From Callorhinchus milii (lineage: Eukaryota): a stretch of DNA of 64,000 nucleotides. Shown here in pieces: positions 47,901-60,663 of the stretch. Each line of letters begins with the position of its first letter. Within the stretch, counting starts at the first letter, position 1. Both the position numbers and the translations under genes were made by a program. The notes below the pieces were generated by a model. The model worked only from the letters and a program-made list of their open reading frames with translations. It had not been told where the DNA came from and made no database searches. The stretch is taken from the NCBI RefSeq assembly GCF_018977255.1, contig NW_024704742.1:32800001-32864000 (forward strand). Direction: 5' to 3'.

Positions 47901-50900
47901 CAATGTCTCAGTTGATAACTGGCTGAGGGGAAAACACCAACCCCATATGACTGTGAACGATTAGGTCCAAATCTACTTGCTGATGAGCTGTCTGGCAGAG
48001 ACTTTGAAGCGGCTGCCCTATGGATTGCCTCACTCAGTGCTAGTTCATAGAGGACTGGGAATTACATATTCAGTGCAATTTGCTTCACGACATTATGTCA
48101 CAGCGTTGATATTGCTCGTTCACATTATTGTTAGGGATCTATTCTATTTTGGTCAATTTATCTAGTTGGTGGTGGCTATCTATATTGACACTAGCTCTCA
48201 ATGAGCTCCATATGGATCCCCTAAATGAATAATTTAATAATTATTTCTTCATAAATGCTCAGCAATTATTTGACTGTAACCTCCTGATAACCTGAACTTG
48301 GCTTAACTTGTCACTATCATTTAAGTCACCATGCTGTCAATATCCCAGCTACATTTATTTATGTATTCATACATACACTGAGCCCTTCTCCTTGTAGTAT
48401 CAAGTTATCAAGTTTGTGGAGTCCTGTAGCTCAGTGGTTAGAGCACTCGCTTTGCAAGTGAGAGACCTGAGTTCAATTCCAGGCAGAGGGCGAAACCTTG
48501 GGCAAGTTTCCTTACTCCACACGCCTAATAATAATCCCTCCAAAAAACCAAAAACAATAATTAAATTGGTCATTTTCAATCTACGACTGTTTGTGGGACA
48601 TTGCTGTGCGCAATTGGCTGCCGCGTTCGCCCACAAATATACAGTCAATTCACTTTACAGTGTGTTCTGTGAAGCGCTTTGGGACGTCCTCCCGACGTGA
48701 AAAGCGCTATATCAAATGCAAGGATTATTATTATTATTATTATTATCAGGGGGTTTAGTTGATTGACAGGAGATATATGGGACTAGTATTTGAAAACATA
48801 ATTGTCAGATTTAAATCAGCATTTTTTATATAAATTGATGTCCTGAACACTAACAAAATGCAAGTGGTTTATCATTGGTCTCTCAATTGGATTGTTTGCT
48901 GTCTTGGGACATACTCCAAACTGTGTTATTCCAAATAATATACAGATTAGTGCAGTTTATGATTTAACCACAAGTGAGATGATGGTTTACTTTATTGGAT
49001 GATATAGAGAATTATATGGTAATAATAAATAATAATTCGTATTTGACATAGTCACTTTCATATAGAAGGCCATCAAAATCACTTAACAGGATTTACTGTT
49101 GAGCCCAGTGACTGAATTTAGGTAGCTGAATGGCCTTTCAGTAGTGAATGACATTTGAATGGTGTGCAAATGTTATAATTTCACAATAGTTCTGATGAAA
49201 GTTATCTATTGAGTAAAATTTGGGTTATTATTGACACAAATTGTATGCATTTATTATAACAGAAAATTAGCACTCTGGAGGATGACATTATTCATATCAG
49301 AGGAGAGCTGGGCTTACTGCAAGCTGAACGTGAAGAGTTAAAGGACAATGTGGAGAGAATGAATAAAATGACTGATGACCAGGTAACAGACTTGTAGTGT
49401 GTTTTCATTATATGTGGCCCTCAATTTGGCTGCTTTGAAATGAAAGGACAGTGGAATTACTGGAAAAGATTTGTCTTTGCATTGTGTCCTTCTGCCCAAT
49501 ATGGCCTCCTGCACATCAGCTCTGGTGAACAGTTATGCCCAAAATGCCAGCCCATCTTTCTCTTTCTGATGCAATTCTGTTTTTATTTGAAATTTTCCAC
49601 GTCTGCAGCATTTTGCTTTTGTTTCATTTAAATTGACTTTAGGGTTAAATTGCTTCTTTTACCAGTGCTTGACATTTGGGCCAATTAATTGTGCATTATG
49701 GTGCTTCAAGCCATTAGCTTTAATAATCTATTCTCTTCATTTCCTTCTGCCGAATTAATTTGAATACAATGCAACTTATATTTCCATTTATTAAATACAA
49801 TTTACATGTATATAGTGCCTTTTACATTAGGAGAATGTCTCAAAGACTTGACACTGCTTTAGGGACATCAGGCCTGAGAGGTGGGAGCCAAAGAGGTGGG
49901 GAGGGAAAAGATGACTAAAAGTGCGGGCTTGAGGTGGACTTTTAATGACGGAAGGAAAAGGTTAGGGGAATGGGACTGGAGTAGATAGAACAGCCACCAG
50001 CATTCTCTGTTGCAAATTTCTACGATCCCGAGGTTAAATATTTTCTCTGCCCCATCATTGCAGGTCGCGCTTTCAGTCACTAAACTCCGAAACTCTGGAA
50101 AACTCCCCCTCAATCCCGCCGCCTTGCCCCCTCTCTCCCCTTTTTCAAGTCCCACCTGAAAACCTTCCTCTTCTTCCGTGTTTATGGCCACCAACACCCA
50201 CACCTCCCCCACCCACCCAGCTCGAAGTCAGGCTCCGTTGCTATTAAGCATTCTGCGCCACTGCGTAGAAGGCTCTATATAAATGCAAGTTGTTGTTTTT
50301 GTTGTGAAGCGTGGATTATTAGCAATAATTGGCATCAAAATTAAAGATAAGCAAACAGTGTGGATAATTGAACATCACATAAAATACAAATTAACTATGA
50401 TGTTAACTTTAAAAAATTGTTTGTCAAGAGTTGACTCTATAGTACCTCACTGTGCCAATCCTTCTCTGTCTCTTTCTCTCCAAATGTTTCTCTCTTTTTC
50501 TCTTTGAGTCGCTATCTTTCTGAGTCTGTCTAAATTTCTATCTCTCAATAACTTTCTCTATGCCCCTCACTCTGTCTATGACTATTCCTTTTTCTATCTC
50601 TGTTTCTTTCTCTGCCTCTAACCCACTTTACACAGCGAAACATCTTCATAATGTGGGGGGAAAGAATGTGCATGATGTTGCTAAACCCACATTTCGTAGC
50701 TGTGGGAGTAGATTCCACATGAATAACCTCACACTTGTGCGAGCAACTGAATGTTTTTGTCAGTATCACAGCTCCACATTTATTTCCGCATCAGAGCCCA
50801 ATGTGGATAAGTAGACATGCGATAGTTAGTGTGCAGGTATAAGGTGTTCTACTGTGTAAGAAGTAGAATTGAGAGAGGAAAATCTGGTTATGTTCAATTG

Positions 50901-53900
50901 AATTGAGTTGCTGATGCCTGGGTGCCATGTTAATTCAGCCTGTATCATCTCTGACATCTAAACAAATAAAATACACCACAACAAGTAAAGGGTAGAATAA
51001 GGCAGCTGTTTTGAATCAAATCAATCCACCACAATGTATTTATACAAGATAACAGCCCCCTATTTAGTCAATAATACGATTTTTAAACTGTATGATAGGT
51101 ACTCCTGTTGATGTTTGACCAAATAAAGATACAGTGTGACCCCATTATAAGGGCTTTCTTTATTGCACAAATTCAATTATAACACAGTTGCACTGTGGAG
51201 CCCATTCATCTGCGTGTGTGTGGAGCTCGATCACTCTGTGCTGACATCCAGATCAGTAAGGTTGACGTCAACATCGCTTCCTGCTTGTATAGTGAAACCC
51301 ACGGACCTCATTGCAAAGATTTATGGATCCAACCAACACGTTGTACTGGACTTTGATACGAAAATTGAAAGAGTTCTCCTTGCTGTTTTATTAAACACAA
51401 TAAATCTATGCTGTCCCTCGTATAGATTTGGTGATTTGTTATATAGAAAAAAATGTGGCACGTGCAGCAAGTCAATGCTAACTAATATAAAATGAAATTA
51501 GTTTTGTTCCATTGCAACCACCTTCTACATTAAAGCTGAAAAAGTGCTTAGAAAGAAGGAGTCATTTATTACTATCTTTGTACAAATCAATGTTATTAAA
51601 AGAAATGCTTGAATTGCCATTAAAGGAAAGTTGCCAGAGACAATAGTTGACAGACAAATGCATGGGTGATTTTTGTGGCTTAGTTTAGTTTAAAAAAGGA
51701 ATAATGTAGCTTTATTTGATTACGTAGCTCTCTGTTATAAAGTGTTTCATTAAAATATATGGGGTTGTTTATCATGCAATTGGGATGTAGACCCAGACAT
51801 TTAATTATGAGCAGTCTTGAGGTGGCAAGACACTCTCTCTCTGTGGTATCTTAATTAAAAATAGTAATCCTTACATTTGATATAGCACCTTTCTTTCATG
51901 GCAAGAGAATGTCTTAAACCGCTTGACAAGATATACTGTAAAGAGCAGAGTATTTTGTAGGTGAATGCAGCAGTCAATTTTTTGCACAGTAGAGTCCCAC
52001 AAACAGCCATGTAGTGAATGATCAATTTTATTTGGAGGATTTTTAGCCAAGACACCAGGAGAAACTTCCTTCTCTTTTCAAATTGTGCCGTTGGATCTTC
52101 AACTTCTACCTAAATAGGCAAACCTGACCTCAGTTTACCACCTTACCCAAAGAATGGCACCTCCAACAAAGAAGTGCACCTCCAGCACTACACTGGAGTG
52201 TCATCCTTGAGTATGGGAATTCAAAGTCCTGATGTGGGGCTTGAACCTTTTGACTCCAAGGCGAGGCTGCCTTCTGAGACATCTTATGTGTGTGCATCAG
52301 ATTTCTATTGATATTAACTTTGATATATACTTGCTAGGCTCAGAGTAATACAACAGTTCTCAGTCTTAATCCTATCACCTGTATAATGGCTTTTTGTAGG
52401 AAGTAGAGTATTTTTTATCCAGAATACTTCTACAATAATATTTTAAAAAATTAGAAAACTTATTTGACCAGCCACTTTGCTGTGTTTCTTTTACAGGAAT
52501 TTTCCAGCCTGTATGAATTCATCCACAAAGTGAATGAGTCTAGTGTCTCCAGCTCCACTCAAGTAAAAGGAAAGATTCATGCATTTGACACCTTGATATC
52601 TGATCTCACCCGCAAACTCAGCACCATGGAAACAAGTTTGCTGACCCTTAGAAGGCTCATAAACACACAGGTTTAGTATCAAGTTTCTGAAGCGTTTATC
52701 CTGATGAAGCTGATAACACTCTTGTATATTCATGGTTTTAAGTCACCTTAACTTTCCAACAATAGGGATGCACATAATCAGATTGGAGCGGAAAGATTAG
52801 AGGATTCAGAGGGCTAAGAGGGTGTAAGCACAGGCAACTCCTTATTAAAGGAGCAGGGGCTACTTGAGACACGAGTTGTGTAAGAGTTATTTCTGGGCAC
52901 TGCAGGAAGACAACAAAAGATCCATTGAGTGATGGAAATGCGCTCAAAGGCATGGAATGAGGTCATGGTGGATTGTAAGCAAGAGGGAAAGGGGCACAAG
53001 TTTCAGTCAGAGAAGATCAAAGGAATGAACAGATTAAGATAGGGAAAAAATACTAATCTTTTGAAACAAATGAACAGACTGAAAGAAAGTGCGGACTTAT
53101 AATCAGGTTTGCACTTACCAGTTGAAGGGGAAATGGATATATGCTCTGGATCTCTTCCAGAACACAGCTCACTGCCAATACTTGACTCAAAATCAGAAAT
53201 CCATTGTGAGTGCAACCTACCATTTGGTATGCCTGAGTTCCTGCTTTAATTACCAAAATATATGAAAGGAAGTCATTCTTTAGTCTTTTTACCAACTATT
53301 TATTACCAGAGTTTAAAAGCTACACCCTGTTACTCAGGGGTGTAAACATTAGCAGTGACTAAACGGTGCTGGAACAGAACATCATTGTTAAAATCTGGGA
53401 TTTGGATACTGTGCATGTGGATGCATATATAGTATATCTGTAGAATGCAGTATATTAATTGCTTTTGAAATTCTACCTTATGCCAATTTATCAGTGAGAA
53501 TCTTGGACAAAATCCAGTCTTCGGATTTTGTCAAAATAGCCATATTGTTATCTAAAGTGCAGAGAAGTACAGGTACCTTAACAGCATGTGAATGTGTACA
53601 TTAAACTGCAGCATTTTACAATTCAAATAAGAGCAATAAGGAATATTATTAAGAATAACAAGAAATATTCCATTCAGCAGCTTTAAATTCTAATATATAT
53701 ATTTGAACATTTTGGATAATTAAGCAAAATTATGATTTTGTATTAAAAATGTCTAAGAAAAATGCGACCATGCTGTTTTATTGATATGAACAATAATAAT
53801 CCTTGCATTGGTTATATGCCTTTCCCATTGGGAGAATAGAGCAAAGCACTTCACAGGATTTTGCTGTAAAATATAGTGACTGTGTGCTTTGTTGGTGAAG

Positions 53901-56900
53901 ATCTTAGCGATGTTATTAGACTCATTAGGGGATTTCCAAGCTGGGGAATGGAATTTTTCAATCTAGCTAACTTTCTGCATCCTGTACAATCAGGTAAACT
54001 TTTACTGTTACTCTATATCCTGTTTGTAATGTGGTGATCAAAACTGAATATAATAATACATAATAATAATAATTCTGGCATTTGATATAGCGCCTGATCA
54101 CGTATTCGAGACGTTCAAAGTGCTTCATCGAATAATATACTGTAAAGTGAACTGACTGTATTTAGTGGGCGAAATATACAGTCAATTCAATAAAACTCCA
54201 GTGATGTAGTCTAACCAGTCCATCAGAAATGCTTCAGCACAACTACTGTATTCGCTACTGTTCTTTTTATCCCAACAATGAATTAGCTTTCCTCATTGCA
54301 TTACTGCATTGTTTAGGTACTTGAAAGTGAAGATTAACATGTAAAAAGTTCTATAATAATAATAATACTTGCATTTGATATAGCGCTTTTCACGTCTTCT
54401 AGACTACAAGTTGTAACTATAAGTTAAGTTGGTATACAAAGTTACCTTCCTTCAGACCCAGCAGTAAATCTTTAACCTCGATATTTTGTCTTCTACCCAA
54501 AGATTTTTAAGTCGCCCTTATAACATGGTTTATAATTAGTTGTTGGTTCAATGCCAATTTTTCTTTAAAATTATTTTTGGATGTTATTTGTATGAATCTT
54601 GCTGTACCTGCTTTTCAGCTATGCAAAGTATTGTACAATTGTCTATTCGTGTCTGATTCAAAGCAGCTACACAGAATGCCACAGCCTGGGGCTATTTTCT
54701 GGTGCCTCGCAATTAATATTATGAAAGCACATGCAATCTAATCTGCTGGAGGCTATGTCTCATGTCTCTATTGTAGAGCTCAAAGATGCAATGCATACTT
54801 CTTTACAACCACAGGCTGTAACACGTGGACTTAGTCAAGCATTTCTGGACGCTATCCCATGTAAAGGGCGCTATATAAATGCAAGCTGTTGTTGTTGTGT
54901 TAAGTTTAAGCTAGCTGCAGTTCATAAGTGTTCAATGTGATAATTGTTATAATTATCATTTTGTGTCTAACCCTAAATGATTGGCTAAGACAGAACATCT
55001 CTCCAGATACTGGAGAATGCTTCTCTCCCAACCCCGCACCCCCCACGCCCCCCCACCACCACCACCACCCTTTCTTTTCTGCTTGATCAATGCTATTTTG
55101 ATTTATTATTAATAATAAATGAAATAATCTTTGCATTTGGTATTGTGCCTTTCATGTCAAGAGGACATCCCAAAGCGCTTCACAAGGTAATATAGTAAAG
55201 TGGAGTGACGATACGTTTTGTGGGCGATTTAAAATGAAGCAACAAGATTTTTTTTCAATTCTGATTGGTAGAACTGGTTTCGATTTTTTTGTTTGTTTAT
55301 TTTTATTATTATTTTTCAACCACATTCTGGTGAAGAAAGATGGAGATTGTCCTCTCCCTGGCCTGAGCACGATTTTCAACAAACTATATAGCCAGGTTTC
55401 TGCCATGATGTAAAATAAAAATGTTCACTTTTTGTTCAGGCCAATGAACTCTACCAGTTTGAAGAATCAGTAAGAAAAGTACAAAATGGCTCCGATGATT
55501 TGAAAACTCTCCAAATCCAACTGGATCAGGTTAGTACTATTTTAATATTGTTTCTACGTGTCAGTCTACAACCCTTATTAAAATGTTATACGTATTGTAA
55601 AGCATACATTCTAGTGGCTATTACCAAACATACATTGTTTTTTGGAAGTATTTCAAGGATACATACTAGGCAATTGGATCAATTCAATACAAAGTCACAG
55701 AGCGTGAGGATTAGTGACCACACAGAAGGCCAGAAATTCCTCCAAGTATGTCTATTGCATTTTAAATTTAGGTTTGCATAAAATCGTGGATGATTCTTAA
55801 GTGCAGCCTTGGTTTGGGAAACCGGATTTCCATCCTAGTGAAAAAGAACCAACTTCCAAATTAAGGCTGAATTTAAGAATTTTACACAATTCGGTTCAAA
55901 CATAAATCATAAATTTTAAGACAAAATAGTCTTACAAGTTGAGACAAGGATAACATTTGAACCATATTTTCTCTGCAGAAACAAATATACAAACATGGGT
56001 TAACAATGTAACTAGGAACGATTGTTCCCGTGCTCAGATAGGATCTGAACTTTCTTCAGGACAACAGGAATAAGGTCTATATGATGCTACATCTTTGTCA
56101 GGCATTCTGAGCATTGATTAAATCTTTCCTACTGCTATTGGATTGACCCAAAACTTAGATATACATATCAGCCACCTTGGGATTAAGTCTTGACCACAAT
56201 ACTGTAAATTAAGCTTCTGCATCAACGTATTTTCAAATATACTGTGTTTATAGGGATCTTTTAACGTCAATTTTTTTCCTTGATTTTCATCAATAAATAC
56301 CTGGATTTTTTGGTAATAGTCGATTGGTAAAGGGTGATTTTATCCCTGACATTACAATTGTGTTTTTTTTTGGCATTTGGGGTTTCTGGATGCATGTACA
56401 TCACGGTGCAGCTGTAAACCACATGTTCGCATGTAATTTTTGAACCCAGTGTGAGTGAGATTTTTTTGTTACCAATTTACACCAAACGTGCCCTTTTTTT
56501 GGAACTGATTTTTTGTCCTCAATATTCTCTCTTTCATTGACATCAATGAAAATGAAAATGGCTTTTTATTTTATGGTTGAAAAACATCTTGAATGGTCCT
56601 TAGGTGTTTAATTTGCTCTCTATTTACTTTAGAGACTGGATAATGTCTACCAGCAAATCTCCCAGCTGAGAGATGAGTTCTATCAGGAAGACAATGCTCT
56701 GAATCGTACAAATCAAACTGACTCAGACATGCCACAATTTCACTTTGAAACTACCACATATTCACCTCCGCAGACTGAGACTACTGATAGTACATCACCA
56801 ATAGGCTATGAGAGGAAACATCAACAAGGTAACAACTTATGGAAGCAGTGATTGATGCACAAAACTGTGTTTAATAGCAAAGGTCCAATCATTACTTTAA

Positions 56901-59900
56901 TATTAACAGCACATGCGACACAGCACTCCAAGGGGAGCGATTCTTGTGCTACACACTAATGTGTTACCAGTGAGAACTAGCACACTGGTACAGGCTCTCA
57001 AACTTGGACTTTTCGGACAGCCTCTATTTCCCTTTACTCCCAAACCACACTGCAATATTGTTAATATGACAATAACCAAGTTATGATGAACTTATGATGA
57101 TAGAGGTCCATTTTAATCTGAGTGTCTTAAGCTTCTTTTCAACAATATTTAAGTTTGGCTACAAAAATATACAGCCACTACACATTACAGTAAATCCCGT
57201 GAAGAGCTTTGAGACATCTTCTTGACATGGAAGACACTATACCAAATGCAATTATTATTATTATTAGTTCACCAGCTCATCATTGCGCAGTAGGAAAGAT
57301 CCAACATAAGGAATAACATATTTTAAGCTTTACATTGATCTGGGTAAACATTTTCAATCTAATTTGTTACTTCAGTTCCAGATGTCCAGATGAGACAAGC
57401 AACTACAGAGAGTTTCACAAGGAAGCCATCTGTCACAAATGTTGTTGTGATTTCCTCGATAAAGAGTCTGAGAGGTGAGTGCTAGATTAATATAATAATA
57501 ATTCTTGCATTTGATAAACGCCTTATCATGTCTTCAAGTCATCTCAAAGCGCTTCACAGAATATACTGTAAATTGACTGTATATTTTGTGGGCAAAATGC
57601 AGCAGCCAATTGCGCACAGCAGTGTCCCAAAGACAGTTGTGGATTGACTGACCATTTTATGGGGGGGATTATTAAAATGTGTAAGTGTTGTCAATTAACC
57701 CTTCAGGTACTGTGGCAGTGCATTTGCAGCATGTCCCAAGCTATAGTAAGTTACTGCTCAGCGGCTTCATTTTCAGTAGAATGACTTGTGAAACAGCACA
57801 GGCAGTTCTTAAAATCCACGACAGGCTGATCAGCATCTGAGAGAGAAGTACAGGTAGTTATTTCAGGTGTTGCCTTTCATTGGAACTGAGAGACTAGATA
57901 GTGTTAGCATTCAGAGGGACTTGGGTGTCCTTGTATACACCAGTCACAAAAAGTTAGTTTGCAAGTACAGCAAGCAATTAGGAAGGCTAATGGTATGTTG
58001 GCATTTGTTAGCAAAGGGTTAGAGTATAAGAGTAGAGAAGTTGCAGCAACTGTGTAGGGCCCTGGGGAGACCTTACCTAGAGTATTGTGTGTAGTTTTGG
58101 TCTCCTTATTTAAGAAAGGATGTACTTGCCTTGGAGGGAGTACAGCATAGATTCACTAGGCTGGTACCGGGGATGAGGGGGATGAGTTATGAGGATAGGT
58201 TGAGCAATTTAGGCCTATATTCTCTAGAATATGGAAGAGTGAGAGGTGATCTTATAGAAACCTATAAGATTATTAAGGGGCATGACAGAATAGATAGTGG
58301 GAGACTTTTTCCCCTGGTTGGAGAAACTATAACCAGGGGTCACAGTCTTAAAATTAGGGGTAAGCCCTTTCGCATTGAATTGAGGAAAAACTTCTTCACT
58401 CAGAGGGTAGTGAATTTATGGAATTCTCTACCCCAAAGGACTGTAGATGCTCAGTCATTGAACATATTCAAGACTGAGATCGATAGGTTTCTTGTGGATA
58501 AAGGGATTAAGGGATATGGGGATAAGGCGGGTAGGTGGAGTTAGAATAGATCAGCCAGGATATTATTGAATGGGGCAAATGGCCTACTCCTGCTCCTAAT
58601 TCTTAAGTTCTTATGTTCTTATCCCCAAGTACCATGTCACTTTCTGGTCAAGGTGGATATTTGAAACCTATTAGTCTTGCAATTCACCAGCTGTGAATTT
58701 CCAGCATATTTTTATATGAAACAATTCAGATTCTGAGCATTTTCAGGTTTTCAGTTGGTTCCCACAGAAACGTGTTACAATTAAAAGTGTTTTACGTCAA
58801 AACAAATGAATTCATTTTACAGTAACAACTGTCACGTGTAGTGTGTGTTGAATATGATGACACATGCTAGGATGTAATTCAGTGGCTATCAGGGCTCTGG
58901 TACCTTGGCCAAATGGCTATTCTTCAAATATGAAACTGTCAAGGTGACAACCTATGGAAGCAGTGATTGATGTACAATACAGTGTTATAATAGCAAAGAT
59001 CCAATAATCTTTACTTGAACAGTTTCCAGCAGAAATTGTTTTCTCCGCCTCCCTAGGCTAGGTTAACCAAAGTCAATAATAGTTCTCTCTACTGGAACCG
59101 ATTGAGATCAACTAACTGTGCATTTTTTGATTTACAATACGTCATTCTCATCATAATGAATGGTATCATCGTGCATGGCTCACTTTTCATATCAGACAGT
59201 GATTTTACCAGTCCATCGGAGGAGCTCACTTGTTTTTAATGTTACTGCTCTTATAAATCGAGATCAATTAATCTGAGAATCTCACAACATGAGAAATACC
59301 TTTGCAATCAATATGTATGGCTCTTGTCTTCTAACAGCACTCCAGTCCTTCTTTTATCAAGCAGATTGGGCTGCTCGTGGCTACTTAACATATGAGGACC
59401 TCATGAATAATCTAGGGGAACGTGTACCGCAAGAAGAAGAAATTAAACCATTTGATGAAAATAATGACGGCAGGTTTTCCTATCTAGAAATAAAACATGC
59501 TTTGGGACTACAAGGTAAAGTTTATTGGCAACGGTGGACAATCTCTTTGGTTGGCCAACAAAATAAATGTTTCTTGATTGAATATTTCCTGATTTATGGC
59601 ATAAATCTATGCTATTTTGTTATTTCTATGATTATTTTGTTGACTGACCAAAAACGGTTTATGGAATAGAGGATGAATACGTACGTATACTTTTTGATTC
59701 TAAATATTTATCATTTTCACACATACAAAGGAAAGGAAACAATCCTAACTACAACAATGAAATCACAAGATGTGCGTGTAAATCAGATAGCTGATGAGGA
59801 CATTTTGAAACTTGGGATGATAGCTGCTGGAAGGTTTTACCTGCAGTCCGGGTTTGTGAACACATGCTCATATATCAAAGGCTTGGAATCCACCTTGATT

Positions 59901-60663
59901 GGTTTACAGAGAGGCCAGCAGCTTTGCTCAAACTCTGCACCTCCAACTGGTGAAAGCATCGCTCAATTGGGTGGAGATGTGTGTCTGAGCTGTAGGCAAG
60001 ATGATTGTAACAATGCTCTCACAGTTCACGCTGAGCCGTGTTGCCAACAGGAAGCTCACAAGGAGATCTTGGTATCTGCCATCCACCTGGTGAGGGCTCA
60101 ACCCTGCACTTGGCAGATGTCAAATGACCAACAAGTGACTATCTTTCTTGGGAGAGGTTGGGAAGGTAAACAGAGTCTTCTTGGAGCTGAGCTCGCTCCA
60201 ACATGCCATGTTTGGCAACAGAATGTCAAAATCGAGTCAACCTCTGCAGTGGTCTCTGTAGTCCGGTTCCTGAGCCAGGCAGGTCTGCAGTACTCCAGGG
60301 CACTGTTGATGACAGCCAAGCTGGCTGGTCAGCAGGACTTGGAGGGACAGACTTTTGCCAACATGTGCCTAATACTTTCCAGAATTAGGTAAGCAGGAGG
60401 CATCCCTCCAGGAGGAGAGTGTGCATTCCTTTCCAAACATGGGGTTTTCCATCAGTGGGTGGCATGCATGCAGTTCTCATTCTAGCTTGCACACTCTTAA
60501 GCATGGTAATGGGTTTTCATATGTCACTCGACTCACCAAACATAATGTGAATACAAATGGGATGAACCATGTAAAGAGATGAAAATTCATGAACTGAGGC
60601 AATAAAGGAATCAGCAATGTGGAATTAAAATCATTCAGCATTATTCTTTATTTTTCAGAATAA
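35890..60663 (+). CDS. EFCAB14-like type II membrane protein (acidic cytosolic N-terminus, one TM helix, coiled coil, C-terminal EF-hand pair), spliced CDS, about 448 aa
   Basis: Exons 35890-35999, 38814-38992, 46989-47089, 47617-47712, 49263-49382, 52497-52670, 55440-55529, 56633-56828, 57376-57474, 59338-59514, 60659-60663 give an open 1347-nt frame with GT-AG junctions and an in-frame upstream TAG at 35854. The C-terminus ESFTRKPS...[21 protein letters not shown]...[21 protein letters not shown] resembles the EFCAB14 C-terminus as I recall it. Confidence 0.88.
38814..38992 (+). CDS. EFCAB14-like exon 2 (TM helix)
   Basis: [50 protein letters not shown]...; strong pyrimidine tract, donor gtaaga. 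Confidence 0.88.
40925..41277 (-). mobile_element. tRNA-Ala-derived SINE (long form, diverged)
   Basis: Head, extra central segment and tail are all recognisable. Confidence 0.85.
44981..46845 (+). mobile_element. Penelope-like retroelement (5'-truncated) with GIY-YIG remnant and inverted 5' pseudo-LTR
   Basis: [23 protein letters not shown], then after the [28 protein letters not shown]. 44981-45180 is an inverted copy of about 46580-46805. Confidence 0.88.
45791..46121 (-). mobile_element. Young SINE interrupting the Penelope-like endonuclease frame
   Basis: Full-length reverse-complement copy. Confidence 0.92.
46989..47089 (+). CDS. EFCAB14-like exon 3
   Basis: [34 protein letters not shown]; ctcag / gtaaac. 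Confidence 0.82.
47617..47712 (+). CDS. EFCAB14-like exon 4
   Basis: [32 protein letters not shown]; ttttacag / gtacag. Confidence 0.8.
48416..48746 (+). mobile_element. tRNA-Ala-derived SINE (short form, young)
   Basis: Near-identical to 20081-20410. Confidence 0.93.
49263..49382 (+). CDS. EFCAB14-like exon 5 (coiled coil)
   Basis: [40 protein letters not shown]; heptad pattern. Confidence 0.86.
51860..52270 (-). mobile_element. Old Deu-domain (SacSINE1/AmnSINE-like) SINE
   Basis: Reverse strand reads B box ggttcaagcccca, then ggaggtgccattctttgggtaagg...gatccaacggcaca...gaaaagagaagg (Deu-like), then the shared tail. Confidence 0.75.
52497..52670 (+). CDS. EFCAB14-like exon 6
   Basis: [16 protein letters not shown]...[25 protein letters not shown]. 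Confidence 0.86.
55440..55529 (+). CDS. EFCAB14-like exon 7
   Basis: [30 protein letters not shown]; tttgttcag / gttagt. Confidence 0.85.
56633..56828 (+). CDS. EFCAB14-like exon 8
   Basis: [30 protein letters not shown], then a Thr/Ser/Pro-rich stretch; donor gtaaca. Confidence 0.85.
57376..57474 (+). CDS. EFCAB14-like exon 9
   Basis: [33 protein letters not shown]; donor gtgagt. A second in-frame acceptor lies 6 nt downstream. Confidence 0.84.
57895..58622 (+). mobile_element. CR1-type LINE 3' end
   Basis: [67 protein letters not shown]; tail ttcttatgttcttat. Confidence 0.95.
59338..59514 (+). CDS. EFCAB14-like exon 10 (EF-hand pair)
   Basis: [22 protein letters not shown]...[21 protein letters not shown]; canonical EF loop [12 protein letters not shown]. 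Confidence 0.92.
59800..60520 (-). mobile_element. Unclassified ancient dispersed repeat
   Basis: Shares blocks with about 9990-10290, 23850-23970, 24400-24960, 39270-39830, 44060-44520 and 63640-63890 (for example ctccagggcactg and gaaacccattaccatgcttaagagt). Strand label is relative to the 39270 copy. Confidence 0.7.
60659..60663 (+). CDS. EFCAB14-like terminal coding bases (E + stop)
   Basis: Strong acceptor ttctttatttttcag followed by AA TAA, completing the phase-1 codon. Confidence 0.6.

Noticed and set aside
51163..51495. 110-aa intronic ORF as an additional exon
   Set aside because: No convincing flanking splice sites or coiled-coil character; neighbouring exons already join in phase.
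59673..60392. 239-aa ORF following the EF-hand exon
   Set aside because: Lies in the predicted last intron, overlaps an old dispersed repeat whose other copies do not appear to keep this frame, and has no recognisable motif.
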